Positions 15,788 through 25,400 of a stretch of 64,000 bases of DNA are shown piece by piece (the first letter of the stretch is position 1; each line of letters starts with the position of its first letter). The position numbers were made by a program, and so were the translations under genes. Source of the stretch: a virus (lineage: Duplodnaviria; Caudoviricetes); IMG/VR virus record IMGVR_UViG_3300046528_000074, positions 1 to 64,000 of that record; one strand, 5' to 3'. The notes below the pieces were generated by a model that was given only the letters and a program-made list of their open reading frames with translations, ran no database searches and was not told the origin of the DNA.

Positions 15788-17164
15788 ATGAACACGACCG
15801 ACACCACGAACGACAACATCATCGACGGCCAGATCACCGAAGTTGCGAAGCCGGACAATGCGCTGGTAATCCTGAACCCGGTACAGTTCGCGACCGAACT
15901 GTTCAAGCCGTTCGAGGATCAGCTTGCCAGCGCCAAGCGCGCCGCCAGCCGCACCAAGTACGACGTCACGACGAAGGACGGCATGACCAAGGCGAAGGAA
16001 CTGCGCGCCACGTTCGTGACGATCCGCACGACAGCAGACAAGGCCAAGGTTGCAGCGAAGCGCCCTATCGATGAATCGGGCAAGCTGATTCTGGCGCACT
16101 TCAACAAGTTGGCCGAGGCGGCAAAGGCCGAAGAAGCCAAGCACGACCAGGCCATCAAGGACGAAGAAGCGCGCATCGAGGCCGAGAAGCAGCGCAAGCT
16201 GGCCGAGGAGCGCGCCCGCATCGAAGCGATCGAGGGCCGTATCGCGCACATCCGTTCGCTGGCCTCGCAACTGATGCAGGCCGATTCGGCCACGCTGGCG
16301 GCCAAGGTCGAGGAGCTGGCCACGAAGCGCCTGGAACCGGCCCTGTACGACGAGCACCTGGAAGATGCCGTCAACGCGTTGAACACGGCCGTCGACGACC
16401 TGCGCACGCTGCACCAGGCCGCGCTGGCACGCGAGGCGGAAGCCCGCCGCGTGGCCGCCGAGCGCGAGGAGCTGGCACGCCTGCGCGCCGAACAGGAGCG
16501 CCGCGACGCCGAGGAGCGCCAGCGCCAGGCCGAAGCGGAAGCCGCCGCCGCCGAGCAGCAGCGCAAGATGGAGGCGCAGCAGGCCGAGATCGCGCGCCAG
16601 AACCGCATCATGCAGGACATCCAGTCCATCCAGCAGATCGGCATGCGCGAAGGGGACGCGCGCGCGCTGCTGGACAACCTGGAGTATGCACAGGCGATCA
16701 TCGTCGACGCGGACCGCTTCAACGGCATGGCGCCCATGGCGCAGATGGCCAAGGACATGGCGATCGCGTCGCTGACGTCGAAGTACAACGCGCAGCTGGC
16801 GCTCGAACTGCCGCTGGCGCACGAGGAGGCGCTGGCCAAGCACGAGGAGCTGGTAGCGATCGAGCGCCAGCGTAATGAGCGGACCCCGATGCGCCTGGTG
16901 GAAGTCCCTGACGAGAACTTTGGCCGCGCCTACGCTTTCGCACCAGCCGAAACCATCGAGGCGCAGGCGACGCCAGACGCCGTGCCGACCGAGCCGACGC
17001 CCGAACCACTGGCGCCAAGCACCATCGACATCGTCGATAAGCTGACCGATGCCTACCGCGAGCCGCGCGCGACGATCGCCACCTGGTTGCTGGGCCTGGA
17101 TCAGGCGCTGCTGAACCGCATCATCGATGAGAGGAACCGCAACATCGTGGAGAGCCTGAAGTAA
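15788..17164 (+). CDS. Coiled-coil phage protein
   Basis: YDVTTKDGM N-terminus and long E/A/R-rich coiled coil, typical next to recombination genes. Confidence 0.8.
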   Translation: MNTTDTTNDNIIDGQITEVAKPDNALVILNPVQFATELFKPFEDQLASAKRAASRTKYDVTTKDGMTKAKELRATFVTIRTTADKAKVAAKRPIDESGKLILAHFNKLAEAAKAEEAKHDQAIKDEEARIEAEKQRKLAEERARIEAIEGRIAHIRSLASQLMQADSATLAAKVEELATKRLEPALYDEHLEDAVNALNTAVDDLRTLHQAALAREAEARRVAAEREELARLRAEQERRDAEERQRQAEAEAAAAEQQRKMEAQQAEIARQNRIMQDIQSIQQIGMREGDARALLDNLEYAQAIIVDADRFNGMAPMAQMAKDMAIASLTSKYNAQLALELPLAHEEALAKHEELVAIERQRNERTPMRLVEVPDENFGRAYAFAPAETIEAQATPDAVPTEPTPEPLAPSTIDIVDKLTDAYREPRATIATWLLGLDQALLNRIIDERNRNIVESLK

Positions 17165-17742
17165 TGGCCGGCGCCGCTACCAAGAAGAACGCGGCGCCAG
17201 CGCGGGCGGCCAAACCGCCCGCCGTGTGCACCGTCGAAGACTGCAGCCGCAAGCCAATCGCCCGCGGCCTCTGTGGTTGCCATTATCGGCACTGGGCCAT
17301 CCTGAACCCGAACGTGCGCCAGGCAACGACCATCCCGGCCATCGTCGAATCGCACCTGCCAGGGACGCAGGAAAAGCTGATCGAGGCCACCGGCTATTCG
17401 TCGGAGACGGTGCGCCGCGCGCTGACGCTGCTGCGCCGCGAGGAGCGCGCCCACATCGGCGACTACCAGCCGCCGGGCCGCGTGGGAACGCGGTTCATGC
17501 CGATCTTCCACAAGGGGCCGGGCGAGGACGCGAAGGTGACAAGCCAGATGCGCCACGAGCAAAAGAACCGCACGGCGCGCAACGCGCACAGCCGGCGCCG
17601 CATCAAGCAGGAGGTGACGACGCTGCCGCCGTCCGCCGGCTGGGCCGCGGCGCTCCTGATCCGCCCGGACCTGTCATGGAAGAAGAACCCCATGCGCCTG
17701 AAGGCCGCCCACCAGGAAACAGAGGGCGGCAATGCGGATTGA
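17164..17742 (+). CDS. Putative DNA-binding protein (Zn finger + HTH)
   Basis: CTVEDC...ARGLCGCHY; LIEATGYSSETVRRAL. Confidence 0.65.
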   Translation: MAGAATKKNAAPARAAKPPAVCTVEDCSRKPIARGLCGCHYRHWAILNPNVRQATTIPAIVESHLPGTQEKLIEATGYSSETVRRALTLLRREERAHIGDYQPPGRVGTRFMPIFHKGPGEDAKVTSQMRHEQKNRTARNAHSRRRIKQEVTTLPPSAGWAAALLIRPDLSWKKNPMRLKAAHQETEGGNAD

Positions 17743-17839
17743 TGGCCGCCCTGACGCCACGCGCATCGTGGCCTATGTCGTGATCGGCCTGCTGCTGCTG
17801 TTGTGGCTGCTGGCCTATGTAATGGAAGGAATGCAATGA
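17732..17839 (+). CDS. 35-aa membrane peptide (not in track)
   Basis: MRIDGRPDATRIVAYVVIGLLLLLWLLAYVMEGMQ; GAGGG RBS; ATGA coupling. Confidence 0.55.
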   Translation: MRIDGRPDATRIVAYVVIGLLLLLWLLAYVMEGMQ

Positions 17840-18306
17840 TCAAACGAAGCCGACGCGACGATGTGCTTGCCGCGCTGCCCTTCCCGGGCGACATCGACCT
17901 GCCGCAATCTGTCACCGGCAGGCTGTGGACATACGAACACATCGCCGAACTGATTGGCGTCACCCAGCACTGCGCGCGCATGCACCTGGATAAACTGGAC
18001 TTCGACGACCTTGCCTTCATCGTCGGCTGGACAGAAGCACCGTTCCCGATCGCGATCTGGGCGCGCGGCAGCGGCATCAATGTGCGCAAGCCGACGGGCA
18101 TCACGCGCGAGCGGGCCCTGCAGCGCAAGCGCGAGGCGTCCGCAGTCACCCCGATCAATACGGGCCAGAAGGAAGACCATGCCATGATCAGCCGCGGGCG
18201 GGCCATTACCGAAAAGACCATCGAGGAGGCGCGCGCGGGCCGTCGCCAGTCGTGGTTCTCGGCGCTGGGTAGCCTACCCGCCAACACCGAAGCCGATGCC
18301 GCATGA
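17836..18306 (+). CDS. Putative HTH protein
   Basis: TYEHIAELIGVTQHCARMHL. Confidence 0.65.
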   Translation: MIKRSRRDDVLAALPFPGDIDLPQSVTGRLWTYEHIAELIGVTQHCARMHLDKLDFDDLAFIVGWTEAPFPIAIWARGSGINVRKPTGITRERALQRKREASAVTPINTGQKEDHAMISRGRAITEKTIEEARAGRRQSWFSALGSLPANTEADAA

Positions 18307-18572
18307 TGGACCCGAGAAAAACCCAGTTCAGGCAGGAGGCGCGCCGACTGGTCGATGACCCGGAGGAACGCGGCCTGAACTGCCGCGGCTGCCTGTTCGC
18401 GCGCCAGCGGGCCTCCGTCTGCCGGGCGGCGAGCGAGGAGGCGATCAAGCGCGGTATGCGCGATTGCGATGCGGTCGACCAGTTCGGCGACGTGGTGATC
18501 TACGTGCCGACCGAAACCGACCCGCGACAAATGAACCTGATTGGAGATGACCATGACCTGGATGAAGACTGA
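18303..18572 (+). CDS. Cys-containing hypothetical protein
   Basis: CRGCLF...C...C; ATGA coupling. Confidence 0.65.
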   Translation: MMDPRKTQFRQEARRLVDDPEERGLNCRGCLFARQRASVCRAASEEAIKRGMRDCDAVDQFGDVVIYVPTETDPRQMNLIGDDHDLDED

Positions 18573-18879
18573 ATTTTCACCGCCACTGCAAAAGGCCGGC
18601 ACCCCGCAGGAGATGCGCGCCGCGATCGAGCGCGCTTACATGACGAACCCGATCGTGCGCCAGGTGCTCGAGCTCGGCCGGCGCCAAGGGCTGTCCGCCG
18701 AAGATACCTATTCGATGCTGGCCTATCACGCGCTGGGCCAACTGGCGGAAGCGAACCGGATCATGCACGAGCTGGCCAGCATGGCGCCGCCGCTGCCTGT
18801 TCTGGTCGACGTCGTCGATCCGCTGGACCTGAAGCTGGACGGCGATCTGCCGCCATACCGGAGCGAAAAGACATGCTGA
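18553..18879 (+). CDS. Hypothetical protein
   Basis: GGAG RBS; operon packing. Confidence 0.65.
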   Translation: MTWMKTEFSPPLQKAGTPQEMRAAIERAYMTNPIVRQVLELGRRQGLSAEDTYSMLAYHALGQLAEANRIMHELASMAPPLPVLVDVVDPLDLKLDGDLPPYRSEKTC

Positions 18880-19364
18880 AGCGCCGCGAATTCTACATTG
18901 GTAAAAACCAGCGCAAGGGCCTGATGCAGTTGATGATGGACGTCATCGGCACGTACCCGGATGGCACGAAGTTGATCATCGAGGAGGCCGGAAAGTCACG
19001 CATGGCCGAAAAGAAGTACCACGCGATGATCGGCGACATCGCGCTCCAGTGCCGGTTCAACGGCGAACTGTATTCGGCGCAGAGTTGGAAGCGCCTTCTG
19101 GTCGAGGCGTTCGCAAACCTGATGCGTATCGACGCCGAGGCGCGCGGCCTGCCCGATCCATTCCCGGAAGACGTCGAGCTGATCGATGGCCTGGATCACG
19201 AAATCATCGCGCTGGGCACGCAGACTCGGAAGTTTACGCGCGAGCAGGCCGACAATTTTATCGAGTATCTTTTTGCCTATGGCGCGGATCGTGGCGTCGC
19301 CTGGCGCGAGCCGGCCCAGCGCGTCATTCGCGAAATGCTCGACAGAAAGACGGCGTCATCGTAA
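18873..19364 (+). CDS. ninB: NinB/Orf-family recombination protein
   Basis: KYHAMIGDIA...SWKRLLV...LGTQTRKF...FIEYLFAYGA.RGVAW. Confidence 0.85.
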   Translation: MLKRREFYIGKNQRKGLMQLMMDVIGTYPDGTKLIIEEAGKSRMAEKKYHAMIGDIALQCRFNGELYSAQSWKRLLVEAFANLMRIDAEARGLPDPFPEDVELIDGLDHEIIALGTQTRKFTREQADNFIEYLFAYGADRGVAWREPAQRVIREMLDRKTASS

Positions 19365-19380
19365 ACTGCGCATGCGTGAT

Positions 19381-19421
19381 GCCTCGTGTCCCGGCGACGA
19401 GGTTGCGTAAAACAGCCGGGA
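19381..19421 (+). ncRNA. Candidate H-type pseudoknot RNA element
   Basis: S1 CCTCGT/ACGAGG, S2 TCCCGGC/GCCGGGA, 1-nt L1 and L2, A-rich L3. Confidence 0.45.
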
Positions 19422-19425
19422 AGAC

Positions 19426-19468
19426 AAAGGCCTGACACTTTCGCAAGAAGTGTCGGGCCTTTCCTTTT
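19426..19468. terminator. Bidirectional terminator between convergent arms
   Basis: AAAGGCCTGACACTT-N7-AAGTGTCGGGCCTTT followed by CCTTTT. Confidence 0.8.
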
Positions 19469-22400
19469 ATTGGCCGGCGCGTGCGCGCATGCGCTCGATG
19501 CGGGCGCGCTCCTCCTCGCTGGCGTGCTGGTTGAACTTGCGGCGCTGCGACGCGCTCACATGGTCCGGGCTGTCGATCTGGTTCAGGATGCGCATGGCCT
19601 CCCTCGGCGTCTGCCCGGCGTCTTCCAGCATCTGCTGCGCCTTGTCGGTGTCACCGCGGCGCACCGCCTCGCGCGCGTCCGGCAGCACGTCGCGCAGCCT
19701 GGCCTGCTGCTCGCGGTTCTGGTAGCGCATTTCCGCCACCTCGTCGCCGCCCGCCAGGCGCCCGACGGACAGGCCCGTGGCCATGCCCATCAGCTTGAGC
19801 TTGTCCATGTGGTCCGCCGTGCCGCCGACCAGGTGCGCCGCCGATTTCATTTCCTCGACCGGCAGTTGCGATTTCACCCAGTACGCAGCGAACGCCGCGG
19901 CCTGCTTCACGATGTTGTCGTCCGGGTTGATGATGCGCTTTCCGGTGAAATCCTCGTTGGCCGTCAGGTCGGCGATCGGGCGCAGGAAGGTCGACATCTT
20001 GTTGTGCGCCAGGTGCATGCCAGTGGTCAGGTTGCCATACTGTTTGATCTCCTCGCCGACCTTGCCGACCGGTAGGCGCATGTAATAGCTGTTGCCCTGT
20101 TCGTCCTCGCCCACACGGACGCGGTCTTCCTTGCCGTGCGGGTTGTCGGCCGTCTGCGACAGGCTGCCCAGCGAATCGAGCGGGTGCATCAGTACCGACA
20201 GCGGATCATCCTTCAGGTGCATGCCCAGCTTCGCCAGGCGCTCCTTGAAGTCGTCCGTGATCTGTTGGCCGGTCTGCCCTTGCCACAGCGATTGCGCGAT
20301 CGATGCCACCGTCGTCATGGCGGCCACGTCCAGCACCAGCACCGACAGCGCCTTCTTGCGCGCGATGACCTGCGCCTGCGACAGCGCCGCCTGCGCCGCA
20401 TCGTTCGCCTCGCTTTCGCTCTTGCCCAGCGCGCGCTGGAGCTCGAACGCCCGCGTCTGGATCTGCGCGCGCGCATCCTTCGGCAGCCCGGCAACAACGT
20501 CCTTGTACGCGCCCAGGTTGGTCATCGTGAACGATTTCGAGAACAGCGACAGGTTCAGCAGCATGTGCGCGCCCTGGCTCATCGATTCGCCCGGGATCAT
20601 GCCGGCATAGCGGTTCGCGAAGTGCGTAGCGATCCGGTTCGCGGCATACTGGTCGATGCCCTTGTCCATCAGCGACGTGCGCATCATGACGGCCATGCCA
20701 GCCTGCAGGTCGGCCACGCGATTCCACAGCAGTTTCTCGTGCCATACCTCGCCGGCCTTGTCCACGGCGCGCCGCGCCGCGTCGCCGGCCTTCGGGCTGG
20801 CCACGTCGAACACGGCGCCCAGCGCCTTGGCCGTCATGCTACGGCCCGGCTCGATGCCGTTATGGATCGCGGCGGCGTCCTCGGTCATGCCGCGCCCGGA
20901 CACGGGCACCAGGCCGGCCTCGATCAGCTCGTTCATCAGCGCATGGTCTTGGCGCGCGCGGTTGCCGATGACATAGCCATGGATGCCGAAGAACGAATTT
21001 TTCAGGTTGTTCTTCCAGCCCATGGTCGAAATCATGGTCGGCATCGCCTTGCCCCAGATGACCAGGTTGTGCGTCAGCGGCGAGAGCATGATGACGCTGG
21101 TAACTGCGCCCTTGAGGTTCATAAGGCCACGATAGATCGTGTTTTGCTCGCCCGTGAACACGGCCTTGAGCGGGCCAGCGAAATCCTTGCGGATGTACAG
21201 CGGGCTCGACTCCATGACCGGTTTGCCATCGCTATCGACCAGCGGCTGCAGCTTCTGCACCTCGCCGTCCTTGATGCGGTAGCTGGCCAGGCGCTCGCCG
21301 TCGCGGTAGACGCCGTCGGCGCGCACGTCGTAGCCACGGCTGGCCATCATGCCCGTGTCGGCCGGCTGCCAGTCCATGCGCGGGCGCCACTGCTTCAGCG
21401 CCGGATGGTCGATCGTCACGAACGCCGGGCCTGCCTCGGTGCTGACCAGTTCGTCGCCGGCCAGCTTGCCGTGCGCGCGGATCTGGTTGACCAGCGTGCG
21501 GCCGGCGATCGCCTTTTCTAGCTGCGCCATCGCCATCGGCATCACGCGGATGTTCTTCACGTATGCAAAGTCGTCGCCGTGCTTTGCCTTGCCGGCCGCC
21601 TCCGATTCTGCAGTTGTTTCATATTTGCGATGCTTCATGCTCGACGCGCTCGTGCGCAGGTTCTTGGCGTCCTTCGAGAACTCGCCGCTGGCCTGGCGGA
21701 TCGATTCGGCGGAGCCATCCTCGGCGATGCGGGCAGCCACGCGCGGGGTCCAGAAGGCCACGCCATCGCCATCGACGAGCCCGGCGGCGCGCGCCTTGTT
21801 CCACAATTCCTGGCCATAGGCATGCAGCAGCTCGACCGTCTTGCGCTCGCCCGCCGACAGCGACGCCAGGCCCAGCGTGCCCGACGTGCGGCCATCGCGG
21901 CGCAGGTCGTTTTCCTGGTCGGCTGCCACCCACATCTTTTCCAGTTGCCCGTCGGTGTAGTTGTCGCGCAGGACCTTGTCGAACGCTTTCCACTGCGCGG
22001 CTGCGCGGCGGTTCTGGTTGGCGAAATCCTTGCCCATCGAGATCGCCTTGACGTCGCCCGCATCCATCGGGATTGCCGTCATGCGCAGGTGGAATACGGC
22101 CGATTGCAGCATCGATTTCGGCGTGTGCAGCAGGCGCGCCAGGCGGCCCTTGCGGGCTTCGACTTCTTCGGCGTCCGGCTCGCCGTTCAGGTCGGTTTCG
22201 GCGTGGCGGCTGTGCATGATGTTCGGGTCGTTCGGGTCGAACGTGCCGCGGTTGCCGGTGGCGCTCTTGATCTGCTCGGGACGGAAGACGATGTATGAAA
22301 CGCCGTCGCCCTCTTGAGTGTTGCCATAAACAACGCCATCAAACCCAGCTTTTTCCAGCGCTGTCTTGATTTCTTCAATCTTCTGGGCCTCACGCTTACC

Positions 22401-25400
22401 GGAGAAATTCATGCCCTTAGACTCTGGCGCAAAGTCTTTCGGCAATAGCCCTTGTTCTTTCAACTGCGGCACGATGTCAGCAGAAAGGAAACTACCGGCA
22501 TCATTCAGTCGAACTGGGTTTTCGATCTTGATATAAGCCGGAATAACGCGCGTGCCAACAGAGTCGGCGAAGTAATTTGCATGATCGGAATTTCCGAAGT
22601 GCGCCCCCAGTTCACTATCGGTCTTAAACACATCAAAGTCTGCTCTGCTGCCGGTGCCGTGGTAGACCACCAGCGGCTGCCCATTTTCATCGACCACTTT
22701 ACTATCGCCGAACCATCGCTTGAACTCTGGGCTTTCCACCTGCGCCCGCGAATGCGAATCGAACACTTCGCCGCGCGCATTGCGCATATCGGCCGCATCG
22801 CCGCGCATCGCGCCCGTCAGGTCGTGCGACGCGGCCAGCGCGGCATCGAGCCACGACGGCGACACGCCGCTCTTTTCGCGGCCGAACAAGCTGGTCTGCA
22901 CCCAGTCCTTGAAGCGCGCCCAGAGCGTGCGGCCCTGGTAGCGCTTGCTGGCCATGTACTGCTGCAGCACGGGATCGGTCAGCGTGCGCACGAAGAATTC
23001 GTCAGGGCTGCGGCGGGCCTCGGCCAGCATCATGCGCGCGTCGGCGTTCGTCAGCTTGTCGCTGGCGCTGGCGTCACGGAACTCGTTCCAGACATCGTGG
23101 AACTGGGCGATGGCATGCGCGGCGGCGGGCGCCGACAGGCCTAACGCCTCGCCGCCGTCTTCCACGGCGCGCGCCAGCGAGTGATAGCGCGCCGCGACGG
23201 CGACGTGCATGGATTCGTGCAGCACGGTTTCATACGTCAGGCCCGTGCGCCCGTCGGCCGTGTACAGGCGCATGTGCGGAACGTCGGTCAGGTCGACCAT
23301 GCCGTTCGCCGGCGAATTAGCCGTGTCGTCGATGGTCAGGCGCATGTCGCCCTCCATCGGCAGCAATCGCTCGGTCTGCATCGCCAGCTCGCGCAGCTCC
23401 TTCGGACCGCTCAGGCTGATTTCCTGAAGCGCGCGGCGCAGGGTCGGCAGGCCATTATCAGCCGCCTCGCCGCTGGCGCGGCCATCGCGCAGGATCTTCT
23501 CGACGCGCGGCGCGACTGGTTCGGACAGGACGGCGGGATCGATCGGTTCGGCGCGGCCCAGATGCGCACCCGTGCCGGCGTCACGCGGCGCCAGCGCGGC
23601 GGCAGCAGCGGCAGCCAGCAGCTGGCGGCGCTGCGGATTGAAGCGCGAGAACAGCGGCATACCCTCGAGCGCCTTTTCGCGTAGTCCTGGCGTGATGTCG
23701 AATCCGACTTGCTGGGTATGCAATGCATTTTGCTGCGCATCGCCATATACCAACTGGCCGCCATCGTTTTCAGGTTCGGGCGCTCCCATGTCGATCATGC
23801 CGGCCCGGCCGCCGCCCAACTTCTTCAGCACGTCATTGACGGTTTGCGGGACGATCTTATCGTAGAAGGATTTCATGCCCTCGCCGCCGACCTTGAGGCC
23901 ATCGCCCGACACGACATGATACTGCGCCTTGCCGCCCAGGCTCTTGGGCTCAGTCGCCAGCAGCCGCTCGGCCATTTCTTTGCCGATGATGTCGGGTAGC
24001 TCGGCAGGCGTGGCATTCCGGTTGATCAGTTCTTCATTCCCCTTGCCGTAGACGGTAAGGGCGCGCGCGCCAGATCCTGCGGATGCTTCCGATGCATATT
24101 CGATCTTCGAAACCTTCTTGGACAGGTCATAACGATCCGCTGACTGCTCGCCGTTCACGAACGCCACGCGGTCGTAACCGTTTTCCGCGGCGTAACGGAT
24201 CATGCGCTTGATGCCAAGCGACAGCCATGCCTTCGTGTCGCCCACGAACGGCGCATTGGGGACCCCGTAGTCCGCCCGGTCATGGAATGCTTCGTTCAGG
24301 TCAATGCCCGATCCTGCTGTCGCATCGATCAGGCGGCGCCATTGCGGGCTTCGGTCCACGCTGTCCGTGCTGGTGGGCTGCTCCATCAAGTCCCTGATGT
24401 CAGAGCGTGCTTGCGACTCGCTCATGCCGCCCTTGACGGCAGCAGCCAGGACATCGTTCGGGAATGCGCCGGCAATTCCATGCTTCAGCCCATCCTGGCC
24501 CCAGTCCGATTGCAGTTCTTCGATGAACAGGACGCGCTTGCCGTCGGCATCGGTGCGATCATTGAAGCGCACATGCGCGACGACGTTGGGCTCATCCCAA
24601 TGGCTGGACTGGTAGGGCTTCCCGATTGGAGCGCTTGAAATACGGCCATGCTCCTGCGTCAGACGCTCGATCTCGGCGCGGCTCGTAGCCGGCAGCATGT
24701 CAGTCGTACCGTCGTGCGCATCCATGATGGCGCTGTAGCGGTCATTGATCGCATCGAGACGGCGGCGCTGGGCCTTCTCATCGGTCGGCAAAGTCAGCAG
24801 CAGTTCGCGATAGTCACGGCCACCCGGCAGGACGTACTCGGCATATTTGCCGCCGGCACCGATACCCTGGCCAAAGGATAGTTCGTTGACCAGACTCTGG
24901 CGAGCCTGCGCATCGCTGAAATCGAAGCCGTCCAGGTAGTCAGGGCCTTCGCGCTGCTCGGCATACGTGCGCAGCTCGGCATCGCTCATGTCTGCCACCG
25001 GCTTTCCAGCGCCTGCATTACCCTTGAATACTTCTTCGACTTGCACGCCGTTATGCTTGATGAACTGCGCGATCTCGGCCACCGATACGCGGCCGTGCTG
25101 GGCCTTGAGCCAGTCTTCGACGCCCGACCATTGCAGTTCATCGGCCTTGAACTTGCCTTCTTTCTGGCGCGCAGCCAACCACGCCAGCGCCTGGTCGGCC
25201 TTGACCGTTCCATCTTTGCCGGCGATCTTTTCCATGCCCGGCACGGTACGCGCGAGCGCGGAATAAAAGCCGGGCGCGATGGAGAACAACTGGTTGCCAG
25301 TGTGCTCCAGGTACTTCACGACGGACGACTGCGCCACATCGGCATTACCCATGACATCCAGCCAGTGCGCCAGCGGCTCGGCGCCGGGCGCGTCCTGCTC

